Source: an uncultured Candidatus Saccharibacteria bacterium (GTDB taxonomy: Bacteria; Patescibacteriota; Saccharimonadia; Saccharimonadales; UBA7683). Taken from it: a DNA stretch of 64,000 nucleotides. The notes beneath the pieces are model-generated. The model did no database searches and was not told where the DNA came from. It saw nothing but the letters and a program-made list of their open reading frames with translations. Made by a program: the position numbers and the translations under genes. Position 1 is the first letter of the stretch; each line of letters starts with the position of its first letter. This document shows positions 28,749 to 37,258 of the stretch, one piece after another. The DNA lies in NCBI GenBank assembly GCA_964397855.1, contig CAYNKQ010000001.1, forward strand, positions 38,046-102,045, given 5' to 3'.

Positions 28749-29550
28749 CGTTAGTTTTAAGCATTTTGATTATGTCAAAGCCCTTTTTTGCTAAAGTATA
28801 GTTCGGAGTACCTCTGCTACTAACTGCCAGCTTTAAGATGTTCTGCTGCACAAGATCATCCATATTGGCCACAACTTCTTGGGTACTGTATCGCTTAATT
28901 TGGTTGTGAATTTCTTCTTTAACTTGACCAGCCATCATTAGGTCGGAGCCACCCATGTGAACAGACACCATTATTCTTTTTTCATCTTCCATAGCCGCGA
29001 ACGCTCGCATGATCACAAGCTGTATATCATCTAAAGACTTCTCAACTTTATCAATATCTTGTTCGTCTAAGCTGTTTAGGTGGGCAGTTAGGGCGCCGAC
29101 AAGCTTCTCTTTTAACTTAGATCCATTCTTGTCATCTTTTTCAATTGAAAACTGAAGTACTCTATGGTGGGAGATATCAAAGGGTAAGTCCTTCGGATCG
29201 CCAAGATCAGCGTTAAAGAGCATCACGACATTATGTTCTGAGTGCTTTGCAATAGCATACCCAAGTTCGAACATCACATTTTGGTTAACTAGCTTAGCTC
29301 CAGAAGTTGATAAATCAACCATAGAAACGTCGGCTACGAATATTCCACAGTTATCAATTTTATCCTTGATCGTGGTCGCAATATTGGGAGAGCCGACTGA
29401 TCCTTGTGTGTCTCTATCAAGTCTTGGGGACTTTTCTAAAATATTTTTTCCCGCGAGCTCAGTAATAGAATTACTCAATGCTTTGCTTATAAAGCCCTTG
29501 GTTTTTTGATTGTTGCTTTGCCATGAGTAAAATATAGAGACACTTTCCAT
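28741..29550 (-). CDS. TIR-like domain protein (ThsB/DUF1863-like N-terminal domain plus ~120-aa helical C-terminal domain)
   Basis: 269 aa. N-terminus VSIFYSWQSNNQ matches the betaA signature of bacterial TIR/TIR-like domains (VFISYSW[DE]...). A conserved Glu sits in NVMFELGYAI about 95 aa in. Confidence 0.5.
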   Translation of the reverse strand: MESVSIFYSWQSNNQKTKGFISKALSNSITELAGKNILEKSPRLDRDTQGSVGSPNIATTIKDKIDNCGIFVADVSMVDLSTSGAKLVNQNVMFELGYAIAKHSEHNVVMLFNADLGDPKDLPFDISHHRVLQFSIEKDDKNGSKLKEKLVGALTAHLNSLDEQDIDKVEKSLDDIQLVIMRAFAAMEDEKRIMVSVHMGGSDLMMAGQVKEEIHNQIKRYSTQEVVANMDDLVQQNILKLAVSSRGTPNYTLAKKGFDIIKMLKTNDE

Positions 29551-29645
29551 AATTTAAGTATATCTCATTGAGAACGCGAACAGACAACCCCTGGGTTTAA
29601 GTCGATTATGTAAACCGAAGGTAAAACCCCGCGATCTCTATAGGG

Positions 29646-29915
29646 ATGAGTGTTAATAATAAAACCAAGGGTGGTAAGATGTTAGAAATTAGTAAAGTGC
29701 GAAGCCTCTTGACCAACGAAACAAATGGAATGTCCAATAAGCAGATTGGCGCGGTCTTAAACAGATTGGGTGATCTGCCTGAAGATGAGCTTTCGGCTGC
29801 TTGGAAGAGAGAGGTAGACCGTCATTATATAGAGTTGGCTTCCTTTCTGTATGATCGTTTCAAAAGTGCTTCTAAAGTTAACAGTTGTAAAACTGACGTC
29901 AAGATTCTTGAATAG
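29646..29915 (+). CDS. Small hypothetical protein
   Basis: 89-aa ORF with RBS-like GGGTGG upstream. Followed by the hairpin AACCGC-N7-GCGGTT at 29993-30011. Confidence 0.3.
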   Translation: MSVNNKTKGGKMLEISKVRSLLTNETNGMSNKQIGAVLNRLGDLPEDELSAAWKREVDRHYIELASFLYDRFKSASKVNSCKTDVKILE

Positions 29916-30113
29916 AATCGAAAATTAACCTATAGTGGTATGTAGACATCATGCATGAAAGGCGAATATGCGTGACAGAGCGGGTACATTTATAAAATAC
30001 TAAACCGCCTAGTATGCGGTTACTTTTAGTCTCTATAACTTATGAATCGAGATTTTGAGTAGTTGCATATGCACTACATTTCAAACGCAAGTTTGATCGC
30101 GTAAACAACAAAG

Positions 30114-30149
30114 GAACCCTGATCATTTTGACCAGGGTTCGTTTGTTTC
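30114..30149. terminator. Hairpin terminator, possibly bidirectional (GAACCCTG-N11-CAGGGTTC followed by GTTTGTTTC)
   Basis: Perfect 8-bp stem, T-rich on the plus side and CTTTGTTGTTT on the minus side. Lies ~35 nt downstream of the minus-strand gene 30180..30506. Confidence 0.4.
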
Positions 30150-30179
30150 AAGGCGCTCACGATCGCCTTTGCTTTTATG

Positions 30180-30506
30180 CTACCAAGTTCGTGTTGGTGA
30201 ATTCAACCAAGTTGCTGAGTCACTATCAATGTTCCAAGAAGACCATGTCCGTGGATAAATCCGAGTGACTAAGTACTCATCGTTCGGGTCACCTGCGCTC
30301 GAGAGCTTGTCCCGCCAATAACCTGCCGAGCTGGCAGAGTCGATAAGCCAAACTGAGCCTTGAGGGTGCGTGTACTTACCAATTCCAACGCTTTTAATCG
30401 CAGCGATAACGTCGTCGTAATCTCTGCCGGGGTTGTGTAAATCGTAACTAACTGTGTAAACCATAATGGATAGTTCCTTTATATTGTTAATGTTCTTTGC
30501 CAACAC
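30180..30506 (-). CDS. Hypothetical small protein
   Basis: 108-aa ORF. The probable start is the internal MVYTVSYDL... RBS present. Confidence 0.35.
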   Translation of the reverse strand: MLAKNINNIKELSIMVYTVSYDLHNPGRDYDDVIAAIKSVGIGKYTHPQGSVWLIDSASSAGYWRDKLSSAGDPNDEYLVTRIYPRTWSSWNIDSDSATWLNSPTRTW

Positions 30507-30992
30507 AAACAGAACTGTCGTGAGTCAGTTGATGAACTAGAGGCCAAGCGGTGGTCGGTGATTTTATGTTCGCGTAAACATGTTATGAGCCGAAAACCGC
30601 AAAGCTTTTCTAGGTGTTGGTTGGGCAGCTCCTTCTATACCCCAGAGTACCCTCTGTTAATAAAAGAAGTCTACACCACTCGAGGGACGTAGGTGCCCCC
30701 TTGCGTGGGCTACTACTCCGTGGGAGTTGTTGGTACTTCTACCTACTGCTCCCCCGAGTGCTATAGACTTAATGTCTGCAAGGATGACGGTGTACCAATA
30801 CCGTATTTTTACACAGCCTCTCTCAAGGCTGATACATTTATTATACCAGAATCCGCTTACGGCTGGAAGCTTTTAGGCCAGTTTATTGTGAAAAATACTA
30901 AGAAACGTGCTGCCTGCGAGATGCTAACAGATTAAGCGTGAATGCTGTTCAATTTCACGACCAGTCTTAAGCCACTAACCGTTTCGAACTAA

Positions 30993-31095
30993 GGTTATAA
31001 CTTCCTCTATCGTGGGGAGCCAAGCCATGTTAGATGAAGTCAGAACTGTGAAAATGGTTCTGACTTTTTGTATACCCAAAATAGAACTGAAACCG
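30993..31095 (+). repeat. Cassette-boundary repeat copy 1 (attC-like: L arm, perfect central hairpin plus T-run, R arm)
   Basis: GGTTATAACTTCCTCTATCGTGGGGAGCC ... AAGTCAGAAC-N10-GTTCTGACTTTTTG ... TATACCCAAAATAGAACTGAAACCG. The L and R arms are imperfect inverted repeats (TCTATYGT / ACAATAGA). Confidence 0.6.
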
Positions 31096-31223
31096 CAACA
31101 AAGATCGTTGTTCTGTCACAAAAGACAATCCTGCCTTAACGCCCAAGTTAATATCTACTGTGTATGCTTTGATGTCCGACATCACTGCGTCCTAGACACT
31201 AGCCAGGTTGTCTGGCGAGCAGG

Positions 31224-31712
31224 TTATACGGAAAAAATATTGCCTGCTATTATACCTATAGCTGTTGCGATACCACCAATTAGTAGTACCTCCACGGCAC
31301 TCCTAATTGGTGGAACTCTAACTATTTTACCTTTTGCATAACCGAGTACGAGTAGGCAGCTTAAGGCCGCAACAATCGCGACATCTCTTGAATAGCTCAT
31401 GGGGAAAATGATGATCGCCAAAAGTGGCACCAAGCCAGCCAGAAAGTATGCTCCGAACATTATTAAACCGCTGATTACCGGTACTCTGAATGAGTCACTT
31501 CGATCTAGCTGATGTGCGGACTTAGAGCTCAAGTATTGACCAGATCCCATCGAAAGAGCCTCGACTAATATTGTGACAACACCGGCCAATACAACCACCT
31601 GCTTATTGCCTGTACCGGTACTAATGCCAACAATAACGCCAGTAGTCGATACAAGTGCATCGTTAAACCCGAACATAGCACTTTGTAAATATTCTTTTTG
31701 GACTTTTTTCAT
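31224..31712 (-). CDS. VIT1/CCC1-family membrane protein (putative Fe/Mn transporter, short form)
   Basis: 162 aa. FGFNDALVSTTGVIVG matches the VIT-family G.NDGL.S motif. Has 4-5 TM helices. Confidence 0.6.
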   Translation of the reverse strand: MKKVQKEYLQSAMFGFNDALVSTTGVIVGISTGTGNKQVVVLAGVVTILVEALSMGSGQYLSSKSAHQLDRSDSFRVPVISGLIMFGAYFLAGLVPLLAIIIFPMSYSRDVAIVAALSCLLVLGYAKGKIVRVPPIRSAVEVLLIGGIATAIGIIAGNIFSV

Positions 31713-31759
31713 AATCTAAGTATACCCCTTTGGGTTTATATAAATGATACACTTAGGTC

Positions 31760-32011
31760 ATGAAAAATGAATTTAGCATCGATGAGGCAAGGAAGATTGG
31801 CGAACAAATCGGAGTAGATTTTACTAAGTTTGATCTTGAGGAATTTCGCAAAGGATTAGCGATTGAACTAGAGCACGGATCACACGACCCAGAAACTAAC
31901 GTTACCAATAGCGATCCACTTTTAACCGGCAAAATTGCTTGGGCACATCTTAAAGAAATCCCTGACTACTACACTCGTCTTGAAAAGATGGAGTCCGAGG
32001 CTGGCAGTTAA
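31760..32011 (+). CDS. Small hypothetical protein (acidic, ...IELEHGSHDPETNVT...)
   Basis: 83-aa ORF. First in the same-strand array. Followed by repeat copy 2. Confidence 0.4.
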   Translation: MKNEFSIDEARKIGEQIGVDFTKFDLEEFRKGLAIELEHGSHDPETNVTNSDPLLTGKIAWAHLKEIPDYYTRLEKMESEAGS

Positions 32012-32043
32012 TTAGCGCCGTTCTGAAACTATAAGATCCTGCT

Positions 32044-32163
32044 TAATTACAGTTATAACTTCCTCTATTGTTGTGAGCCAAGCTGGAATAGACGAAGTCA
32101 GAACTGGTAATTCGGTTCTGACTTTTTGTATACCCACAATAGAATTGAAACCGTTTAGAGCGT
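32044..32163 (+). repeat. Cassette-boundary repeat copy 2
   Basis: AGATCCTGCTTAATTACAGTTATAACTTCCTCTATTGTTGTGAGCCAAGC...AAGTCAGAAC-N10-GTTCTGACTTTTTGTATACCCACAATAGAATTGAAACCG. About 85% identical to copy 1. Confidence 0.65.
32105..32138 (+). terminator. Intrinsic-terminator-like hairpin within repeat copy 2 (10-bp perfect stem plus TTTTT)
   Basis: AAGTCAGAAC TGGTAATTCG GTTCTGACTT TTTG, ~95 nt downstream of the 31760..32011 stop. An identical stem is at 31037-31070. Confidence 0.5.
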
Positions 32164-32182
32164 TGTGTCTTATACTTAGGTC

Positions 32183-32776
32183 ATGAAACAGGTAGTCTTT
32201 ATACACGGCGGAACAACATTTTATAAACACAAGGATTATCTTAATTATCTCCGCTCAAAACCTATTAACATCAGCCGTCTAACCATACAAAAATTTTGGC
32301 CTGATAGATTACAAGAAGATCTGGGAGATGACTTCCAAGTTTTAGCTCCTCGTATGCCCAATGGCACTAATGCTAACTATGACGAGTGGGCCATATGGTT
32401 TGGGCGCATTGCAGAAGTGATTAATGACAACGTTATTTTAGTTGGCCATTCTTTGGGCGGCATATTTTTGGCGAAATATTTATCTGAACATGATTTTCCG
32501 AAGAAAATACGTGCTACATTACTTGTAGCCGCGCCTTACGAAGACGAGACCAATGAAGATCTGGCAAACTTCAAGATAACAGGTGGACTAGAAAAATTTG
32601 CCGAGCAAGGCGGAAATATAATCTTCTATCACGGCACGGACGACATTGTTCCTCTTAGCGAGTTGGAGCTGTACAAAAAATCCATTCCGAAAGCGGATAC
32701 ACACGTGCTTTCTGCTCAAGACCATTTCGTGAGGGAAGCATTCCCCGAAATCATTGAAGCAATAAAGAACATATAG
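32183..32776 (+). CDS. Alpha/beta serine hydrolase of the YdeN/RBBP9 family
   Basis: 197 aa. Nucleophile elbow ILVGHSLGG. Size and layout match PF06821-type serine hydrolases. Confidence 0.65.
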   Translation: MKQVVFIHGGTTFYKHKDYLNYLRSKPINISRLTIQKFWPDRLQEDLGDDFQVLAPRMPNGTNANYDEWAIWFGRIAEVINDNVILVGHSLGGIFLAKYLSEHDFPKKIRATLLVAAPYEDETNEDLANFKITGGLEKFAEQGGNIIFYHGTDDIVPLSELELYKKSIPKADTHVLSAQDHFVREAFPEIIEAIKNI

Positions 32777-32814
32777 AGTCGTCTCACAAATGTGCTACTT
32801 GTTCTAGTTAAATA

Positions 32815-32870
32815 TTAGGTCCTGTTTAATCGCAGTTTTGACTTTTTGCATGTTCACAACAAAACTGAGA
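32815..32870 (+). repeat. Cassette-boundary repeat copy 3 (degenerate)
   Basis: AGGTCCTGTTTAATCGCAGTTTTGACTTTTTGCATG... shares the AGRTCCTGYTTAAT-YRCAG left block and the GACTTTTTG right half with copy 2. Confidence 0.45.
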
Positions 32871-32909
32871 CCCCCATCATCATCAATACAGCTTTAATAT
32901 AATTTTATT

Positions 32910-33455
32910 ATGAGTACTGCAGAAAACTTACAAACAAACAATCCAGACGTGTTGCTTATTGAGCCTGATATTGAACGAGACGCCGCTCTTGGTGTTCAGT
33001 GGCTCAAGGGCGAACTAGGGCGATCAACACTTACTTCTATGGGCGTTTCCGACAAAGACAATAAGCCCACTACCCCTGAACACGAACGAGAGCGTGTCAG
33101 AGATTTCATCGAGGGGCAAGAACAGCTTAATTGGATGATTGAATATCAAGGTAGAGTTGTCGGTTCGGTGTGGGCAGAACTTAAGCAAGTCGGCAACGTA
33201 CCAGCCCCTGCTATTCATATTATGATTGGCGATCCTAATGTACGAGGTAAGGGTGTCGGGTATGCGGCAACCAGCAAAGTAACGGAGTACTTGGAAAATC
33301 GAGGGTTTAAGTCTATTTACTCAAGGCACCTGATAAAAAATAGCGGCGCAAGTGGCTTACTGCAATCACTTGGCTTTACTAATTTCGGAGAGCCATACGA
33401 TGATGATGACGGACTGGAATGGCAAAATGTAAAAAAGGAAGTCAAGGCCGAATAA
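32910..33455 (+). CDS. GNAT family N-acetyltransferase (aminoglycoside-acetyltransferase-like size and architecture)
   Basis: 181 aa. HIMIGDPNVRGKGVGYAATSKVTEYL is the GNAT acetyl-CoA-binding motif A (Q/R-x-x-G-x-G/A). Paralogous to 35408..35965. Confidence 0.7.
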   Translation: MSTAENLQTNNPDVLLIEPDIERDAALGVQWLKGELGRSTLTSMGVSDKDNKPTTPEHERERVRDFIEGQEQLNWMIEYQGRVVGSVWAELKQVGNVPAPAIHIMIGDPNVRGKGVGYAATSKVTEYLENRGFKSIYSRHLIKNSGASGLLQSLGFTNFGEPYDDDDGLEWQNVKKEVKAE

Positions 33456-33461
33456 CACTGC

Positions 33462-33540
33462 AGTCTGCCTTGATTACGGTTATAACTTGCTCTATCGTTG
33501 TGAGCCAAACAAATGCAACTCACATCTGTGGGTTGTTTTC
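33462..33540 (+). repeat. Cassette-boundary repeat copy 4 (left arm intact, centre replaced)
   Basis: AGTCTGCCTTGATTACGGTTATAACTTGCTCTATCGTTGTGAGCCAAAC then AAATGCAACTCACA. This forms a TGTGAG/CTCACA hairpin instead of the AAGTCAGAAC stem. Confidence 0.5.
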
Positions 33541-33829
33541 GTTTCTCTGGTGTTTGGTTCGGTTCGGTGACCTGAGATTGCGAAGGAATCTCGCAAGGTT
33601 ACGATTCGATAGTCAAGTGCTCTCGCAGAAGCTCGCTTCGAGAAAGTACGCAGAGTATACTCGGGTAATCCAGTCGCCGGAGCCACGAAGATTACATCTG
33701 TTAATTTTCATACCCCAAACTTGACTTCCGAACTAATACCTCTGATGAGGTATTTTTTGTTATACTAACAACATGATAAGCAAGTAATTCATCCCAGATA
33801 AATAACAATTAACAAAGGAATGAATTATT

Positions 33830-34609
33830 ATGCGTGTAAAAACTAAATACGATGACGTTAATAAAGTACTAGATCTTCTCACGGAGGGCTTAGTAGAGCT
33901 ACTCGGAGATCAACTAGTCGGCTTATATTTAACAGGATCACTGACCTACAGTGACTTCAATCGTGATAGCAGTGACATAGATTTTCTTGCAGTGCTTGAA
34001 ACCGGACTTGCTGATAGCCAGTTTGAGAAAGTGAAAAAACTTCACGAAGCGATTGCCAATGAAGTACCTCATTGGTCTAAGAATCTTGAAGGCTCTTATA
34101 TAACTCGAGGTATGTTAGGAAATATAGAGGTACCAGAGGAAAAACGTCCTTATGTAAACGGTGGCAAGGTTTCTTACTGTACCTATGGAAATGAATGGAC
34201 TATCAATTTGTACGCCCTTCAAGAATGCGGACAGGTTATCTACGGGGCGGGGGTGCAGCCGTTATTGCCAATAGTAACAATTGAGCAAGTAAGAGAATCA
34301 TCCAGGCAAGATTTACTAAAAGACTGGGCTCCTAAAGTAAATGATCCGAATGCTTTCACTCATTCAATGTATGACAGTGAACACTTAAAGAACTATGCAA
34401 CGCTAACTATGTGCAGAATACTTTACAGAGCAAAGAATGATAACATCGCCTCAAAGAAAGTTGCTTCTAAATGGGTTAAAGAGACCTACCCTGAGTGGAA
34501 AGATCTGGTTGAACGGGCAGAAGATTGGATTCACGGCAAAGAGATGGGCAGTGATACCAAAGTGAGGAAGTTTATCGAGTTTACTCTAGAACAAGTTCAG
34601 AAAGATTAA
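33830..34609 (+). CDS. Nucleotidyltransferase-domain protein resembling aminoglycoside adenylyltransferases (AadA/ANT(3'')(9)-like)
   Basis: 259 aa. LVGLYLTGSLTYSDFNRDSSDIDFLAVLE is the pol-beta-type NTase motif G[SG]-x9-13-D-x-D. Length and the C-terminal helical domain resemble ~260-aa AadA-family enzymes. RBS AAAGGA upstream. Confidence 0.6.
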   Translation: MRVKTKYDDVNKVLDLLTEGLVELLGDQLVGLYLTGSLTYSDFNRDSSDIDFLAVLETGLADSQFEKVKKLHEAIANEVPHWSKNLEGSYITRGMLGNIEVPEEKRPYVNGGKVSYCTYGNEWTINLYALQECGQVIYGAGVQPLLPIVTIEQVRESSRQDLLKDWAPKVNDPNAFTHSMYDSEHLKNYATLTMCRILYRAKNDNIASKKVASKWVKETYPEWKDLVERAEDWIHGKEMGSDTKVRKFIEFTLEQVQKD

Positions 34610-34789
34610 AGCTATTTGACGTCACGTGGCGGGATAGTTGGACTATCTCGTCATAGTACTTAGTTCGTAATATGCTTGGCAGAGGGAGCCAGAGCCAGCA
34701 GTGAAATACAGTGATCGGTTCCCGTGACCTGTTCCTGATTCACTCCTGACTCAAGTCAAGAAGAGTGACTTTAATAAAATTGCTCAAAA

Positions 34790-35284
34790 ATGCTGGAACC
34801 ATCTGAAAGGGTGGTTTTTGCATATTCACCCCTGGAAATAAGTTCTAGAGCCGAGCCGTTTCCTATTACAATGTTGCTGCCAGGCCAGGCCCCGCCATCG
34901 ATATGCAGGGCAAAAAAGGCCGTAATTATCGATGATCCACATCGGATGCCGCCTACCTTGAACACTGCAATAGGATTGGTCGAACAGTCGGAAGACGAGT
35001 TTAATGACCTTGGTGAAAGCATATTAGATCCGGTGCTTAAACAGCCGCAGCGACAACATCATCTTAAAGTTCATTATCGATCAAAATACAACAAACTTTT
35101 TGAGCGATCGCGTGAGGCGATTTATAGCAACGATGGGATTGAACCGATCTTTGAAGCAAAGCTAGCTGATGGAGCGCCTATTGATATTCTCGATGGTTTG
35201 GGTGGAGAGCTAGACGATAATGGCTACGATAAGAACTTTTACAAAATTTGCGAATCACCGAAGATTACTTGGCAAAAAAGATAG
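34790..35284 (+). CDS. Hypothetical protein (weak call; the opposite-strand ORF 34771..35022 competes)
   Basis: 164-aa ORF with no motifs. This region between the cassette-like array and the BGC is ambiguous. Confidence 0.2.
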   Translation: MLEPSERVVFAYSPLEISSRAEPFPITMLLPGQAPPSICRAKKAVIIDDPHRMPPTLNTAIGLVEQSEDEFNDLGESILDPVLKQPQRQHHLKVHYRSKYNKLFERSREAIYSNDGIEPIFEAKLADGAPIDILDGLGGELDDNGYDKNFYKICESPKITWQKR

Positions 35285-35407
35285 TAAAGCTGAATTCCGC
35301 ATACTCTTTACAAGAGGTGATGATGAACGAATCCCAAAAGTACAGAAGGATAGTCAAGGAAGGCTAATTCACCGAATTTGAATGTTTCAGGTTGCTACGT
35401 ATATCCT

Positions 35408-35965
35408 CTATACAGCCAATACGATGTTTTGCCATGCGAGCCCGTCACTATCCTTATAGGCAGCTCCGTCTTTCTTAAATCCGAGAGACTCATTTAATTT
35501 TGTTACAGCAATGTTGTCTGCGAGATGTCGAGAGTATACTGTTTTGAGTTTTAGCACATCTCGAATATAGTTTATCGCTGATTGCATTGCCGATCTACCG
35601 ATGCCTTTACCACGATAGTCGGGATTGCCTATCATGATGTGGATACTTGGGGATTTAACACCGTGATTTTCAAATAGCTCTATCCAGACGACGCCAATAG
35701 TTTTGCCGTCGGCCACGATAACACGAGTTATTTGCTTGCCGGAGTCCTCGAGATCGATAAATTCCTGCATAATGGCACGTTCACCTTCTAGGGTGGACGG
35801 TTCTATTTCGTTTTCTGAGTTGCCCATACTTAAGAGAGTGGCATGCCCTTCTGGGCGCGTAAACCAACTGTGTGCAAATGGGGTATCACGATCAACCTCC
35901 GGTTTTAGAAGTTGTATGTCGGTGTGCAGTGATTTCATGATTCTCCTATAGGCCTCGCTCGGCAT
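35408..35965 (-). CDS. GNAT family N-acetyltransferase (paralog of 32910..33455), co-operonic with the aminotransferase
   Basis: 185 aa. SIHIMIGNPDYRGKGIGRSAMQSAINYI GNAT motif A. Overlaps the upstream aminotransferase gene by 20 nt. Confidence 0.7.
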   Translation of the reverse strand: MPSEAYRRIMKSLHTDIQLLKPEVDRDTPFAHSWFTRPEGHATLLSMGNSENEIEPSTLEGERAIMQEFIDLEDSGKQITRVIVADGKTIGVVWIELFENHGVKSPSIHIMIGNPDYRGKGIGRSAMQSAINYIRDVLKLKTVYSRHLADNIAVTKLNESLGFKKDGAAYKDSDGLAWQNIVLAV

Positions 35966-37214
35966 AACGAGCTATAGCGTTCTCAAATTTTTCTATACCC
36001 TCGTGTAGTGTCTCGGTGTCTATATTCAGGGCAGGCATAAACTTAATAACCTCATTGTTGGCACCAGATGTTTCAATAATGAGGTTATTTTCGAAGCACA
36101 GTTGCCGTATCTGGCTCGCAGTCTCACTACTCTGGAGCTCAATACCGTAGAATAATCCTCGTCCTCGAACATCTACAAAAATATTTGGGTACTCCCGGAG
36201 TAGTGTCTCTAGTCTTTTGCGGACAATTAACTCTTTACTTTTAATTTCATGACTAAGATGGTCTGATCGCCAGTATGTCTCTAGGGCTTGTAGGGCGGTG
36301 ATAAAAGCTAAGTTATTGCCACGAAAAGTGCCATTATGTTGACCTGGGCTCCATATGTCAAGTTCTGGCTTAATGAGGAGCAGGGACATTGGTAAGCCGA
36401 TCCCAGATATTGATTTTGATAACACAATTAAATCAGGGTGGATATCAGCGAATTCAAAACTGAAAAAATCTCCAGATCTACCGCAACCTGCTTGAATATC
36501 ATCGATGATAAGTAAAATACTATGTTTAGTCGCTAGTGAGCGTAAATCTTTTAGCCAGTTGGCACTAGCAACGTTAACTCCACCTTCACCCTGAATGGTC
36601 TCGACTATGATGGCCGCTGGTTTATCTAGTCCACTGCTCGGGTCGTTCAGTAGTTTTTCGATGTAGGAAATACTGTCTAAGTCTTTGACGTAGCCTTCGT
36701 ATGGCAAGAAGGCAACATCATTAAGCGGGATGCCTGAAGCATTGCGAAATGATTCGTTGGCTGTGGCAGAGAGCGCGCCCAAACTAACCCCGTGGAACGA
36801 GTGTGTAAATGCAATAACGTTGCTGCGTCCTGTGTTCAGTCGGGCGAGTTTCAGCGCGGCTTCGATAGCGTTCGCTCCGGTTGGTCCAGTAAACTGTATT
36901 TTATATGATAAACTGCGTGGTTCAAGTATAATATCTTCGAATCCTTGAATGAAGTTAACCTTTGCATTAGTTGCCATATCGAGAGAGTGTACGATGCCAT
37001 CGGTACTAATATGGCTAACTAGTGCCTGAATTTGAGAATCCTCATTGTGTCCGTAGTTTAATGCGCCAGCACCACTAAAAAAGTCAATGTACTCCACACC
37101 ATCTTCATCCAAAAGACGCGAACCTTTTGCTTTGTTAAAAACTGCTGGAAAGACACGTACATAGCTGCGCACATTAGATTCGTATTTGTTTATAACGTCA
37201 TGAATAGAGCTCAT
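35946..37214 (-). CDS. Class-III PLP aminotransferase, diaminobutyrate--2-oxoglutarate transaminase (EctB/Dat)-like
   Basis: 422 aa. The N-terminus ...YESNVRSYVRVFPAVFNKAKGSRLLDEDGVEYIDFFSGAGALNYGHNE closely follows the EctB/Dat pattern (...E.RSY.R.FP.VF.KA.GS.L.DE.G.EY.DF.AGAGALNYGHN). Confidence 0.75.
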   Translation of the reverse strand: MSSIHDVINKYESNVRSYVRVFPAVFNKAKGSRLLDEDGVEYIDFFSGAGALNYGHNEDSQIQALVSHISTDGIVHSLDMATNAKVNFIQGFEDIILEPRSLSYKIQFTGPTGANAIEAALKLARLNTGRSNVIAFTHSFHGVSLGALSATANESFRNASGIPLNDVAFLPYEGYVKDLDSISYIEKLLNDPSSGLDKPAAIIVETIQGEGGVNVASANWLKDLRSLATKHSILLIIDDIQAGCGRSGDFFSFEFADIHPDLIVLSKSISGIGLPMSLLLIKPELDIWSPGQHNGTFRGNNLAFITALQALETYWRSDHLSHEIKSKELIVRKRLETLLREYPNIFVDVRGRGLFYGIELQSSETASQIRQLCFENNLIIETSGANNEVIKFMPALNIDTETLHEGIEKFENAIARYAERGL

Positions 37215-37258
37215 GGCGCCATATTAACATAAAAGGGTTTTTCCTCTATAATTAAGCC

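Larger units (their letters stand above)
21085..35300. mobile_element. Putative integrated/accessory element bounded on the left by tRNA-Asn and the serine recombinase; right boundary undetermined
   Basis: A recombinase gene abuts the tRNA 3-prime end. Accessory cargo follows (SRAP, Y-family polymerase, TIR-like operon, cassette-like array). No duplicated tRNA 3-prime segment could be confirmed by eye. Confidence 0.35.

Noticed and set aside
30180-30506. Possible Cas2-like small protein (MVYTVSYDL...GSVWLIDS)
   Set aside because: Only a loose resemblance to the Cas2 N-terminal beta-strand pattern. No adjacent Cas1 or array. Left as a hypothetical.
30993-34609. Calling the array a true integron
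   Set aside because: No IntI-type tyrosine recombinase or attI in the window. The repeat ends match GTTRRRY/RYYYAAC only loosely (GTTATAAC). Reported as attC-like and cassette-like only.
35408-37214. Ectoine biosynthesis operon (ectB plus a GNAT as ectA)
   Set aside because: No ectC (ectoine synthase) is present. The GNAT does not resemble EctA beyond the fold. The context is an NRPS cluster, so a building-block supply role is more plausible.
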